In this document: piece by piece, positions 1 to 9,811 of the stretch
Layout of the letters: each line of letters opens with the position of its first letter
How positions within the stretch are numbered: position 1 is the first letter of the stretch
NCBI GenBank assembly: GCA_964603065.1
Contig: CAZRTL010000002.1
Coordinates: 11,292-75,291, forward strand
Reading direction: 5' to 3'
Origin: Candidatus Woesearchaeota archaeon
Lineage (GTDB): Archaea; Nanobdellota; Nanobdellia; SCGC-AAA011-G17; PNOQ01
DNA: 64,000 nucleotides
Notes under the pieces: generated by a model
The model's input: only the letters and a program-made list of their open reading frames with translations
The model's database searches: none
What the model was told of the DNA's origin: nothing
Position numbers and translations under genes: made by a program

Positions 1-181
1 AAGATGATCCACTAGGTTTGTAATCTTCTTCTAGTTTCATATCTAAATATGCTTGAAAGAGGTCAACAGTTTTCTGAACTTTATCAGCATCATAGGGTCC
101 AACCGAAAGAATACATTCAACTGGCCAATCATCAGTTAAAACAATAGTTCTTCCCACATATTTCTTGTCATCTAATGCCAT
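1..181 (-). CDS. Hypothetical protein, 5' part only (runs off window edge)
   Basis: Manual translation from ATG at 181: MALDDKKYVGRTIVLTDDWPVECILSVGPYDADKVQKTVDLFQAYLDMKLEEDYKPSGSS..., open to position 1. Confidence 0.6.
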   Translation of the reverse strand, partial: MALDDKKYVGRTIVLTDDWPVECILSVGPYDADKVQKTVDLFQAYLDMKLEEDYKPSGSS

Positions 182-213
182 ATGTATTGCTATCTATACA
201 TTCTTTTTAAAAC

Positions 214-1125
214 TTACTTTTTCTTTATTTTAGCAACGAAAAATCCATCAGTGTCATTATCCTGTGGCCAAATTCTCAAACATTTCTTAACTTCTTTATT
301 AAATTCTTTACCTTCAAACTCTAAAATAGGTTTAGAGGAGTTTATACCAACATTTATCTTTTCCAGTTTAGCATCAGAAAATTCCTCCAATAAGTAAGAA
401 ATAATACCTTCATTTTCTTCAGGCTCCAAAGTACAAGTAGAATAAACCAAAGTTCCCCCCACTTTTAAATTATTGAACGCAGTTTTAATTAATTGTTTTT
501 GAACTCCCGCAACCCGCTTAGCAATATTTGGATACCATTCTTTTATTGTATTTGGGCTTTTTCTTAAGGTACCAGTTCCAGAACAAGGAGCATCTAACAA
601 AATTTTATCAAATTCAAACTTAGAAAAAAATCTACCCTCCATCAAACTGATTATAGTATTTGTAACTCCACTTCTTTGCAGATTCATAGTTAGTGCTCTT
701 AATCTAGTATAACTGCTATCATTAGCAACAATCATTCCTTTATTTCCCATTTTAGCCGCCATTTGAGTTGTTTTAGATCCGGGAGCCGCTGCCATATCTA
801 AAATAAATTCATTTTTAGGAGTTAAAGCTTCAACTGGAACCATAGAACTTGCTTCCTGGACATAAAAATAACCCATACTATGGCCAAATAAATTTCCCAA
901 ATCAGTCCTAGAAGAATTAATAAAAAATCCTTCCTTGCACCAAGGAATTTGTTTCAATTTTAAATTAGAAAACTCTTTTTTAAATTTTTCAACAGAAATT
1001 TTCAGAGTATTTACTCGTATACTTTTCCTATTTTGTTTTAATGAGTATTCTTTAAACTTTTCAAAGTCAGTTAATTGAGAATATCTCTCTACAAACTTTT
1101 CTTTAAATGCGGGAATTTTTTTCAT
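214..1125 (-). CDS. RsmB/NOP2 (NOL1/NOP2/Sun) family RNA m5C methyltransferase
   Basis: Motifs DMAAAPGSKT, LLDAPCSGTG, YSTCT, TDGFFVAKI; start moved to MKKIPAF (1125) to avoid overlap with upstream gene. Confidence 0.93.
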   Translation of the reverse strand: MKKIPAFKEKFVERYSQLTDFEKFKEYSLKQNRKSIRVNTLKISVEKFKKEFSNLKLKQIPWCKEGFFINSSRTDLGNLFGHSMGYFYVQEASSMVPVEALTPKNEFILDMAAAPGSKTTQMAAKMGNKGMIVANDSSYTRLRALTMNLQRSGVTNTIISLMEGRFFSKFEFDKILLDAPCSGTGTLRKSPNTIKEWYPNIAKRVAGVQKQLIKTAFNNLKVGGTLVYSTCTLEPEENEGIISYLLEEFSDAKLEKINVGINSSKPILEFEGKEFNKEVKKCLRIWPQDNDTDGFFVAKIKKK

Positions 1126-1133
1126 TTTATTAG

Positions 1134-1601
1134 TTAAGAACATGCATTTAATTCAACATCAATGATAACTAAATCACAAGTGAAGGTTTCATTATCAACT
1201 CTCAAATATTTAATATAACCCAATCTTTCCGTTTCACCACCCAACCCAGTAACATTAAGAATACCATGTCCGTATTTACTTATACTTTTATTCAACTCAT
1301 AGGTTTGTACTGAGCTATTTCCAGAAAAAAAAGTGAAATCAATCTTTTCTATAGGGTAAGCTCCTTCATTTTCAATGTCTATTTGAGAGATGGGATTTGG
1401 AGAGGGAATAAAACAAGATCTACCAAAATTTAATTTAGTTTTTTTAATACATAAATCCGCTATAAAAGCCTTATCTTCAATTCTCTCAGTCTCCTTACTA
1501 GAAAATTCTGCAAAAAAATTAGCCAATACAACTCCCACAATCACAACCATCCCTATTATCAAAATAGTTGCTATAAGTGGGGCTACTCCTCTTTTTTTCA
1601 T
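1134..1601 (-). CDS. Type IV pilin-like protein with class III signal peptide
   Basis: N-terminus MKKRG/VAPLIATILIIGMVVIVGVVL matches archaeal prepilin/archaellin leader. Confidence 0.8.
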   Translation of the reverse strand: MKKRGVAPLIATILIIGMVVIVGVVLANFFAEFSSKETERIEDKAFIADLCIKKTKLNFGRSCFIPSPNPISQIDIENEGAYPIEKIDFTFFSGNSSVQTYELNKSISKYGHGILNVTGLGGETERLGYIKYLRVDNETFTCDLVIIDVELNACS

Positions 1602-1682
1602 AATCTAGAACTAAAATAACAATTTAAATAGTTTTTTGTTTGAAAAACGAGATTTTATATACAACAATATTCAAAATGTATT

Positions 1683-2255
1683 ATGCTTACATTATTTGAA
1701 GCAAGAAGAAAAGTAGTCCATATATTGTCAGGGATATTTCTGATTATATTACTAAACTACAATATACTTGAAAGATTTCATTTTTTAATTATTTTAATCG
1801 TTGGGATTGTGATATCTTTTGTTTCTACAAAAACAAAAATTCCTATGATCTCTTTCTTATTAAAAAAATTTGATAGAAAGAAAGCATTCTTGCCGGGATG
1901 GGGAGCAATAACAGCTTTAGCCGGAATGTTAATAGCACTTTATATATTTCCGCAAGATATCGCTTTTGCTTCAATTTTAATTCTCTCTATAGGGGACGGA
2001 TTTGCAGCCCTTATAGGAAAAATGGGGAAAACTAAGACTCCATTTAGCAAGAAAAAAACATGGGAAGGAACATTATCAGGAATACTAACTGCCACAATAG
2101 CGGCTAGTTTTTTTGTTCCATTTTACATTGCTTTTATATCTTCAATAGTTGCAATGTTTGTAGAACTAGTTGACTTTAAATTCAAAGGAGTAATTGATGA
2201 CAATCTTCTAATACCAATTATCTCAGGAATAGTTATTAGTCTGTTACTTTTGTGA
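1683..2255 (+). CDS. Dolichol/phytol kinase-like (SEC59/CTP_transf) membrane protein
   Basis: RRKVVHI, SIGDGFAALIG, KKTWEG, IDDNLLIP motifs; multi-TM. Confidence 0.85.
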   Translation: MLTLFEARRKVVHILSGIFLIILLNYNILERFHFLIILIVGIVISFVSTKTKIPMISFLLKKFDRKKAFLPGWGAITALAGMLIALYIFPQDIAFASILILSIGDGFAALIGKMGKTKTPFSKKKTWEGTLSGILTATIAASFFVPFYIAFISSIVAMFVELVDFKFKGVIDDNLLIPIISGIVISLLLL

Positions 2256-2258
2256 TTA

Positions 2259-2330
2259 TGCACCAGCTGGGGCTCGAACCCAGATCTCAAGATTGGCAAC
2301 CTTGAATACTAACCATTATACTACTGGTGC
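2259..2330 (-). tRNA. tRNA-Gly(GCC), intronless, CCA not encoded
   Basis: GCACCAG/CTGGTGC acceptor stem, CAAGG-TTGCCAA-TCTTG anticodon arm, GGTTCGAGCC T-arm. Confidence 0.95.
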
Positions 2331-2361
2331 ACACATAAAAAACTAAATTAAACTACTATTT

Positions 2362-2859
2362 TTATAACTTTTGATTGCTCCACTTGCCCTTATATTTGGC
2401 TTCACCTTCGACCCTCTCCAAAATAATTTGGCCTATCCTAGTTCCAGCTTTCAAAACCAATGGAATATTTGACATATTCGAAATTTCAAAAATTTGTTTA
2501 TTATTGATTCCAGGTTGTATAAACGAAGCCGTAGAGTGTACAATCAAACCAAATCTTGCAAATCTACTCCTTCCATATATCCAACCACAAATATTTCCAG
2601 GAAGTTTTATTTTTTCTTTACTTATTCCTAAAAGGAACTGTCCCGGCATAACAACTATTTCATTTTTTCTAACTAATTTTGAATATTTTTTATAATCAAC
2701 TTTTTCACTTAAAACAACTTTTCTATTATCAAATACTCTAAATTTATTATCCAATGTGATATCTAAAGATGCCGCTCCAATATTTTTCTTAACAAACGGA
2801 TTTACCTTTATTTTCTTTTTCTTTATTTCTTCTAAAATCACATCTTTGGTTAATATCAT
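2362..2859 (-). CDS. dcd: dCTP deaminase
   Basis: ASLDITL, GRSRFARFGL, FIQPG, RIGQI motifs; start moved to MILTKD. Confidence 0.88.
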   Translation of the reverse strand: MILTKDVILEEIKKKKIKVNPFVKKNIGAASLDITLDNKFRVFDNRKVVLSEKVDYKKYSKLVRKNEIVVMPGQFLLGISKEKIKLPGNICGWIYGRSRFARFGLIVHSTASFIQPGINNKQIFEISNMSNIPLVLKAGTRIGQIILERVEGEAKYKGKWSNQKL

Positions 2860-2909
2860 AAACTTCAAAAACAAAAAGCCATTTAAATAGTTTACCATAA
2901 AATAAAAAT

Positions 2910-3365
2910 ATGAATTATTATGATGAAATTTCAGAAGGATATAACGAATTGCATAAGGAAGAGCAACTAAAAAAAGTAAAAATAATCATAAAAGAATTAA
3001 ACATAACAAATGAAAAAGTTCTTGATGTTGGTTGCGGAACCGCTTTCTGTTCAAACTTATTTCAAAATTATACAGGAATAGATCCGAGTAAAAGAATGCT
3101 AGAACAAAGCAAGGCCAACGTTATTCAAGCAGAAGCAGAAAACCTACCTTTCAAGGATAAGGAATTCGACATAGTAATTTCAGTAACAGCCATACAAAAC
3201 TTCAAAGACATAAAAAAAGCAATGGGGGAAATAAGAAGAGTTTCAAAAGGTAAAATAGCCATTTCAATTTTAAAGAGATCAAAAAAACTTAAAGAAGTGA
3301 AACTCTTATTAAAGGACTTCAAAAAAATCGAAGAGGACAAAGATATTATATTTATTCTTTCCTAA
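2910..3365 (+). CDS. Class I SAM-dependent methyltransferase
   Basis: VLDVGCGT, GIDPSKRML, AENLPFKDKEFD. Confidence 0.88.
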   Translation: MNYYDEISEGYNELHKEEQLKKVKIIIKELNITNEKVLDVGCGTAFCSNLFQNYTGIDPSKRMLEQSKANVIQAEAENLPFKDKEFDIVISVTAIQNFKDIKKAMGEIRRVSKGKIAISILKRSKKLKEVKLLLKDFKKIEEDKDIIFILS

Positions 3366-5001
3366 GTGGTTTATCAAAAGAAAATCTTTTTGGTTTTTCA
3401 CCTTTAGGGTATTCTTTAGGTAATGGAAAAAATGGTTGAACATTGAATGGCTTACTATCTTCTTTTTTGTCTTCTTTAACTTTAGCCTTTTCAATATCTT
3501 TCAAAATTCTCGTTTTAAAATCCTCAATTTCGGCTTCTTCTTGGGCTTTTTTATTTAATTTTGGCTCACCATTTTTAGTCTTAAATTTTCCAACAGGTTT
3601 TTCTTTTTTTCTTTTTTTTAAAATTGGACCTTTATTAAAGAAGAAAGCCGAAAATATTATTACCAATAAAATAATTATCCCAAAACTATAACTGGCCGCA
3701 TTACCATTTTTACTTCCAGTAGAATGTATTGCTTGCCCCGTTACAGATTTGAGAAAATCTCCGGTTTTATCAATAAACCCTCTGTCATCATAAATTTCAA
3801 CATTAAAAACTTCCTCCGTATTTAAAACAGTAATTTCATAATCCAAATCTTTCAAAATTCGGTAAAGATCAATGGTCAAATTGTCTCCCGGTTTAAGACC
3901 AGTTCTAAACTCAAATGTTTCATTATGTTCTTCATTGAAAGCAATAACTTTCAAAGTCTCTTCATATTTAATATTTCCAGAATTTCTCACCCTTAATGTT
4001 TGAGCTATTAGTTCTATATCTAAAGTTTCAGAAACTAAAACCTCAAAAAATCTTTCAGTTTCTATCTTCTCTGACTCGACTCTAACTTTCCATTCTCCAG
4101 GCAAGGCATTTTCGGGTAAAATATATATTGCAGAGGAACTTGTCGATAATTCCTCATCTAAAACTTTCTTGTCCTTCGGATTATAAACTTTAAACACAAC
4201 ATCATCTATCATTTCAATATTTGCCTGGTCATAAATAGCTGCGAATACATAAACTTCATCCCCTGGAAAAAAAGTCTTTTTCTCTAAAATGATCTCCAAT
4301 GATTCTTGTTGTGGAATTGCATAAAAACTAAGTACAATCTCTCCAACATTCCCAAAACTATCATCAACTTTTAACTTAACATCATGGTACCCAGAAGTTA
4401 TATCTTCTCCCAAAATAAGTTCATAATCCACATTCCCATTTCTTACCTCAGTACTGTGTTCCATTCCATCTAGTTCAACCGTAACATCCCCTAAAGGAAT
4501 TTCTTTATTATCTAAATTTCTTTTAACAAGACCAACTATCTGCAAACTCTCTCCAGGGTTTAGCTGCTCGGCCTCCAAATGTAAATCTAAAATTAACTTA
4601 TTATCAACAAATAAGCTTTGTAAATCTTCAAAGTAATGTAATGTGTTTCCATCCAAATCAACCAGTTCAACAGAAATTACATAATTACCAGTACCCAAAT
4701 CCCTTAATCTTGGAGAAAGAGAAAAGGTACCATCAAATATAGACAAATATACTTCATTTTGATCTCCTTCAGAAGTAAAGTAAAATTTTATATTAACTTG
4801 TTCTTCAAACAATTCATTATTTTCATAAACTCTTCCAGTAATTAAAATATTATCTCCTAATTGAATTCTAGTTTTATCCATATTGAACTCAATAGTATAG
4901 AAATTTTCCTCTTCAGTCTCATTACCCTCCGCATTAATAAGGGGCAAACAAACCAAAAATACGAATATTAACAAATATAACCTTTTTTTCATACTATTCA
5001 A
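3352..5001 (-). CDS. Membrane-anchored surface protein with Ig-like beta domains
   Basis: N-terminal signal peptide, beta-rich repeats, TM near C-terminus, basic cytoplasmic tail; start may be 4992. Confidence 0.7.
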   Translation of the reverse strand: MNSMKKRLYLLIFVFLVCLPLINAEGNETEEENFYTIEFNMDKTRIQLGDNILITGRVYENNELFEEQVNIKFYFTSEGDQNEVYLSIFDGTFSLSPRLRDLGTGNYVISVELVDLDGNTLHYFEDLQSLFVDNKLILDLHLEAEQLNPGESLQIVGLVKRNLDNKEIPLGDVTVELDGMEHSTEVRNGNVDYELILGEDITSGYHDVKLKVDDSFGNVGEIVLSFYAIPQQESLEIILEKKTFFPGDEVYVFAAIYDQANIEMIDDVVFKVYNPKDKKVLDEELSTSSSAIYILPENALPGEWKVRVESEKIETERFFEVLVSETLDIELIAQTLRVRNSGNIKYEETLKVIAFNEEHNETFEFRTGLKPGDNLTIDLYRILKDLDYEITVLNTEEVFNVEIYDDRGFIDKTGDFLKSVTGQAIHSTGSKNGNAASYSFGIIILLVIIFSAFFFNKGPILKKRKKEKPVGKFKTKNGEPKLNKKAQEEAEIEDFKTRILKDIEKAKVKEDKKEDSKPFNVQPFFPLPKEYPKGEKPKRFSFDKPLRKE

Positions 5002-5086
5002 TATCTCTGTACTTATTTATAAAGTTTTTTACACGACCAGAAAATAAAAGATAAATTTAAATACTATTTAAAAAGAATTAACTCTA

Positions 5087-6790
5087 ATGGAAAAAGAGTT
5101 AGAAAAATTAAGGCATTCGGCTTCTCACGTCCTAGCACAGGCAGTTTTAGAACTTTTTCCAAAAACTAAGCTAGCTATAGGCCCAGCAATAGAAAATGGG
5201 TTCTATTATGACTTTGACAAAAAGACTGGATTCACTCCAGAAGACATAAAAAAAATAGAAAAGCGTTCTCTAGAAATAATAAAAAGGGATTTACCAATAA
5301 AAAAATCTCTAAAAACAAAAGCAGAAGCCAAAAAAATACTTAAAGATCAACCATACAAGTTAGAGCTCTTAGAAGAATTAAAAATAAAACCCTCTTTCTA
5401 TCAACAAGGAGATTTTATAGATTTATGTGCGGGGCCACATGTAAAATCAACTGGCGAGGTTAAAGCTTTCAAAATCCTATCCACAGCAGGAGCATATTGG
5501 AGAGGAGATTCAAAAAACAAAATGCTTCAAAGAATCTACGGAACAGCATTTTATGATAAAAAAGATCTAAAAAAATATTTATTCATGTTAGAGGAAGCCA
5601 AAAAAAGAGATCATAAAAAATTAGGAGAAGAACTAGATTTATTCTCATTTCATGAAGAAGGTCCGGGGTTTCCATTCTTCCATCCAAAAGGAGTTATTGT
5701 ATATAATGAATTAGTTGAATTTTGGAAAAAAATACATAGGGAATGGAATTATCAAGAAATAAAGACTCCTATGATATTAAATAAAGAACTTTGGCTAAGA
5801 TCTGGGCATTGGGACAATTACAAAGAAAACATGTATTTTACAAAAATTGACAAAAAAGATTATGCTGTTAAACCAATGAACTGCCCCGGAGGAATATTAG
5901 TTTACAAAGATAATTTACATTCATACAAAGAGTTCCCTCTAAGGTTAGGAGAACTTGGACTAGTACACAGACACGAACTTTCTGGAGTATTAAATGGTTT
6001 ATTTAGAGTGAGAGTTTTCACTCAAGATGATGCTCATATATATTGTACCGAAGAACAATTACAAGAAGAAATAATGGGAGTAATAAAACTCTCCCAAGAA
6101 ATATATAAAGCATTTGGCTTAGATTATGAACTGGAATTATCAACAAGGCCAGAAAAAGCAATAGGTTCCAAAAAAATGTGGGATAATGCAGAAAAATCGT
6201 TAGAATCAGCATTAAAAAAATTAAAATTAGATTATAAATTAAATCCTGGCGATGGGGCTTTCTACGGTCCAAAAATAGATTTTCATATCAAAGATTCTTT
6301 AGGTAGAAAATGGCAATGTGGAACAGTTCAAGTAGATTTCTCAATGCCAGAAAAATTTGAACTAGAGTATGATGCTAAGGATGGAAAAAAACATAGGCCA
6401 GTCATGGTACATAGAGCAATCCTTGGTAGTTTGGAAAGATTCTTGGGGATACTAATAGAACATTATGCAGGAAAATTTCCATTATGGTTATCTCCGACCC
6501 AAATAAAAATCCTAACAGTAACAGATAGATCTAATAAATTTGCCGAAGAATTAAAGCAAAAACTAGAAGAAAATAATCTCAGAGTAGAACTTGATATTAG
6601 ACATGAATCAATATCAAAAAAAGTTAGAGATTCACAAAAAGAAAAAGTCAATTACATGGTTACAATTGGAGATAAAGAAATTAAATCTAAAAAACTGGCA
6701 ATTAGAACAAGAGAAGGTAAAGTGTCTTTCAATATTTCCATAGATAAATTTATTAAGGATATGATAAAAGAAATCCAAGATAAAAAATGA
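5087..6790 (+). CDS. thrS: Threonyl-tRNA synthetase, bacterial-type (N2 editing domain, no TGS domain)
   Basis: RHSASHVLAQAV, DLCAGPHV, KPMNCPG, HRHELSG, FYGPKIDF, HRAILGSLERF. Confidence 0.97.
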   Translation: MEKELEKLRHSASHVLAQAVLELFPKTKLAIGPAIENGFYYDFDKKTGFTPEDIKKIEKRSLEIIKRDLPIKKSLKTKAEAKKILKDQPYKLELLEELKIKPSFYQQGDFIDLCAGPHVKSTGEVKAFKILSTAGAYWRGDSKNKMLQRIYGTAFYDKKDLKKYLFMLEEAKKRDHKKLGEELDLFSFHEEGPGFPFFHPKGVIVYNELVEFWKKIHREWNYQEIKTPMILNKELWLRSGHWDNYKENMYFTKIDKKDYAVKPMNCPGGILVYKDNLHSYKEFPLRLGELGLVHRHELSGVLNGLFRVRVFTQDDAHIYCTEEQLQEEIMGVIKLSQEIYKAFGLDYELELSTRPEKAIGSKKMWDNAEKSLESALKKLKLDYKLNPGDGAFYGPKIDFHIKDSLGRKWQCGTVQVDFSMPEKFELEYDAKDGKKHRPVMVHRAILGSLERFLGILIEHYAGKFPLWLSPTQIKILTVTDRSNKFAEELKQKLEENNLRVELDIRHESISKKVRDSQKEKVNYMVTIGDKEIKSKKLAIRTREGKVSFNISIDKFIKDMIKEIQDKK

Positions 6791-7239
6791 ATTTACAAGA
6801 AGAATTTTCTAAAATAATAGAATCAGAAGATTATAAAGAATTTAAAAAAGAAAATCCAGATTCTTTTCTAGCAAATGTTTTTCTAGATAAAGACGGCTGG
6901 CAATTTAATTTCTCTTACGACAAAAAAATGATAAGTTTTTATCTGCAAGAAGACGTAATAAAAACCGAAGAGTCAGAAGTATATGAAAAGAATTCTCAAT
7001 TAGAAGAATTAAAACTAAAAGAAATAAAAATAGATTTAGAGAAGGCGGAGAATCTAATAAAGGCAGAGGAAGAAATAACAAAGAAAATAATCATTTTACA
7101 ACAAAAAGAGGTTCCACTCTGGAATATTACTTATATAACCTCTTCAATGGATGTAATCAACGTAAGAATAAATGCCATCTCTGGAGAAATAATAAAACAA
7201 AATACAGAAAATATTTTGAATTTTAAAGCAACTCAATAG
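6787..7239 (+). CDS. Hypothetical protein with PepSY-like C-terminus
   Basis: WNITY...VRINAISGEII pattern; ATGA-coupled to thrS. Confidence 0.6.
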   Translation: MNLQEEFSKIIESEDYKEFKKENPDSFLANVFLDKDGWQFNFSYDKKMISFYLQEDVIKTEESEVYEKNSQLEELKLKEIKIDLEKAENLIKAEEEITKKIIILQQKEVPLWNITYITSSMDVINVRINAISGEIIKQNTENILNFKATQ

Positions 7240-7432
7240 TTTTCCTATTTGATTTAAAACCAGAAGTAATTTTTACTTTCTTCTTGAAATGTTTACTCAA
7301 AAATTTTTCAATTTCCCTATTAGCTTCACCCTCTTTTGGTTTAGCCTTTATATTCACCCTATATACTTTATAATTTTCGTCAAAACCCAAAACTTCATTT
7401 TTACTAGAATTTGCCTTAACAATTATCTTCAC
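7223..7432 (-). CDS. DUF167/YggU family protein
   Basis: VKANSSK, AKPKEGEANREI, ITSGFKSNRK. Confidence 0.85.
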   Translation of the reverse strand: MKIIVKANSSKNEVLGFDENYKVYRVNIKAKPKEGEANREIEKFLSKHFKKKVKITSGFKSNRKTIELL

Positions 7433-8166
7433 TTTCTAAACCTGTTAATTGCCTCTTCCTCAATGAAATGCAATTCTTTTCCAGGGATAATTAAACTCTG
7501 AGGATACTGATCAAAACTTTCCTTCTTTAACTCTTCTAAAGTTCTAGTTTTTATTTCTGATCCCCTAGAACCCAAATGACTACATCCAATAGCTAGAATG
7601 TCTTTAGGAACACCATTCTTAATTAAATATTCTGCCGCCTCATTAACATTCAAAAATTTATTTCCCAAAGGATCTAAATCCAATAAAAATAAAGTATGCA
7701 TATCATTTTCATAGTTTTTCTTAAAAAGATCCACTGGGCCTCTGACATTTTCATTCTCAAAAGGAATGCTTGTTGTTTTTCCATATTTATACAATTCTAA
7801 TCCTATGGCTCCCACAACGGTCAAAACTGAAGCATTGAAAACATAATAAACTTTAATTTTTGATTTTTGAGCTCTCAAAACTAAATCCATATGAGTTGTA
7901 GCTCCAAATATATCTCCTTTAACTAACAAAGCAACTTCATGGTTTTTGGATTTTTCTAAAATTTCATTGTTTTCACTTTCAACCATATTTCGGTCCGCTA
8001 CAATTACTTTTTTTCCATATAATTCTTCTAATTTTTCTAAAGAGGAATCAATCAAAGAAGTATATATTTCCAAATAAACATGATCACATTTCTTTATAAT
8101 TTCTAAACCTTTTAGCGTGATATCTTTTTCATCATGCATTCCTAGTCCAATTAAGTGTAATCCCAT
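7429..8166 (-). CDS. dph5: Diphthine synthase
   Basis: LHLIGLGM, VYLEIYTS, GDIFGATTH, LELYKYGKTTSIP, HTLFLLD. Confidence 0.95.
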   Translation of the reverse strand: MGLHLIGLGMHDEKDITLKGLEIIKKCDHVYLEIYTSLIDSSLEKLEELYGKKVIVADRNMVESENNEILEKSKNHEVALLVKGDIFGATTHMDLVLRAQKSKIKVYYVFNASVLTVVGAIGLELYKYGKTTSIPFENENVRGPVDLFKKNYENDMHTLFLLDLDPLGNKFLNVNEAAEYLIKNGVPKDILAIGCSHLGSRGSEIKTRTLEELKKESFDQYPQSLIIPGKELHFIEEEAINRFRK

Positions 8167-8189
8167 AGAATTTAGGCAAAATTAGTTAT

Positions 8190-8711
8190 TTATAAATCTA
8201 ACTTTTTGACAAATTCCATAAAAATAGCGCCCGAAAGGAAGGCAAAAACTACATTATCAATAGAAGAGATAAAACTTTCAAAATAAATCATCAAAAATGG
8301 AATCGCAAAAAATACTAAAGATAAAATAACTCTTTTCCTTATATTTTTGCATTTAGAAAAAGAATCTACTAACAGTCCCCCTCTCAATAAACCAACAATA
8401 AAAATAAGGGTAGCCACAATATCAAAAAATAGTCCCCCTCTCCAAAAACTTAAGACAAATAACCCCCCTAAATAAAAATATAAGTTCTTCAATCCAAAAC
8501 TAAACAAAATTCCTGCAATAAAGGCTATAAAAAAAAGTAATATATTAGAATACCATGCAAAATACAAACTGACCAAAAATAAAATAAAAATCAATAATTT
8601 ATACGCAAATAAAAAATAAGTTTTTCCACCTCTAATCTCATCTTTAGTATATTTACCTATAACCAAGCCTACAATCAAACCTAAAAATGCCAATAGAGCA
8701 ATCCAAAACAT
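8190..8711 (-). CDS. Hypothetical multi-pass membrane protein
   Basis: Hydrophobic 173-aa ORF. Confidence 0.65.
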   Translation of the reverse strand: MFWIALLAFLGLIVGLVIGKYTKDEIRGGKTYFLFAYKLLIFILFLVSLYFAWYSNILLFFIAFIAGILFSFGLKNLYFYLGGLFVLSFWRGGLFFDIVATLIFIVGLLRGGLLVDSFSKCKNIRKRVILSLVFFAIPFLMIYFESFISSIDNVVFAFLSGAIFMEFVKKLDL

Positions 8712-8742
8712 AATATTAGAAATTACTTCTCATATAAAAAAT

Positions 8743-9039
8743 TTACCCCATATTGCAACCATCAATATACATAGCATTACCAACTAAATCAAACCAATAT
8801 TTTTTAGCATTAGCCTTTATCTTCTCTTTTAACTCATCTAACCACTCATCACCTTGACACATGGCCTCGAGTGTCGATATATACAAATCAAATTTCTCAG
8901 GAACTTTTTCTCCGATTAATTTTTTTAGTTTATAATCCGTTCGAATTAAGTCTGAAGTACTATGTTCTCTCTCGAACCTTAAAGTATCATATAAGTTAGG
9001 GATTTTCCCTCCAAGAGTAAAGTCTACAATATCTGCCAT
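8743..9039 (-). CDS. Hypothetical protein (ORFan) preceded by conserved upstream element
   Basis: 98-aa ORF with AGGA-type SD. Confidence 0.65.
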   Translation of the reverse strand: MADIVDFTLGGKIPNLYDTLRFEREHSTSDLIRTDYKLKKLIGEKVPEKFDLYISTLEAMCQGDEWLDELKEKIKANAKKYWFDLVGNAMYIDGCNMG

Positions 9040-9077
9040 TTTTTATGATTATCCTTTAAATTGTATAGTAAGGCATC

Positions 9078-9120
9078 TTTTATAAGCTTTTCTATATGTA
9101 ACTACTTAAAAGAAGTTAAT
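9078..9120 (-). promoter_or_regulatory. Conserved upstream element plus BRE/TATA, copy 1 (left half-site degenerate)
   Basis: Sense strand ATTAACTTCTTTTAAGTAGTTACATATAGAAAAGCTTATAAAA. Confidence 0.65.
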
Positions 9121-9123
9121 AAA

Positions 9124-9238
9124 CGCCGGGACTGGGATTTGAACCCAGACGCCCCGAAGGGCCTGGATTAGCAATTTCACCTTGAGAAACAATTATGTTA
9201 ACTCAATCCAGTGCAATACCAGATTATGCGATCCCGGC
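9124..9238 (-). tRNA. tRNA-Ser(GCT) with 32-nt non-canonical intron (9176..9207, position 30/31)
   Basis: Splicing restores CTGGA-TTGCTAA-TCCAG; long variable arm; G73; BHB-like central helix CACT:GGTG with GG|A and AA|A bulges, intron stem TTGAG:CTCAA. Confidence 0.9.
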
Positions 9239-9448
9239 ATATTAAGATTAATCTGGTAAACTAATCCATTACATTTTTCCAATCATTAAGCTTTTTTAAG
9301 AATTTCGGATTTTTAGGATTAATCTCTTTTTCCCATTTTAACAGTTTTTTCTCGCCAGCCAACATAAGCAATGATATCTTTTACAACTTCAAGAATAAGA
9401 TTTAAACTCAACATTAATTTAGAAATCTAGTTACAAATGGTTTATGCT

Positions 9449-9480
9449 CGTGCATGACAAGCTGTCAAGAACTAACTTTT
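9449..9480. repeat. Dispersed ~30-bp repeat with TGACA-AGC-TGTCA palindrome, copy A (copy B 44043..44072)
   Basis: CGTGCATGACAAGCTGTCAAGAACTAACTTTT vs CGTGTGTGACAAGCTGACAAGAAAACTTTT. Confidence 0.6.
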
Positions 9481-9525
9481 AAAATAAGTCATGTATTCTA
9501 AAGAATTTTCCATTTAACTAAAGCA

Positions 9526-9798
9526 TTACTCCAAATCTTCAAGTTTTACAGCAGGACCATGTAAAGCAACATTAATTCTTGCAGCCAAATTATCACTTAA
9601 GTGCATAATCGCTTCTGGGTCATTTTTAGTCAAATAAACTGTTACAGCTTTAGTATACAAACCTTCAAGTTCTTCAAATCTCTTATATTCTTCACTTCCA
9701 ACAGGGTATTCCTCTCTGTTTCTCCTAATATCAGATAAACAGGAAGCTCCCATTGCCATGATTTGTTCATTTGTGAATTCCATTTTTCTAGATATCAT
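9526..9798 (-). CDS. Hypothetical protein (ORFan) preceded by conserved upstream element
   Basis: 90-aa ORF. Confidence 0.65.
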   Translation of the reverse strand: MISRKMEFTNEQIMAMGASCLSDIRRNREEYPVGSEEYKRFEELEGLYTKAVTVYLTKNDPEAIMHLSDNLAARINVALHGPAVKLEDLE

Positions 9799-9811
9799 CT
9801 ATATATTCTAG

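Noticed and set aside
9250-9420. Two short overlapping minus-strand frames (MLSLNLILEVVKDIIAYVGW..., MLAGEKKLLKWEKEINPKNP...) as a frameshifted relic
   Set aside because: Only 31-34 codons each with a vague resemblance to nuclease C-termini; not supportable without a search.
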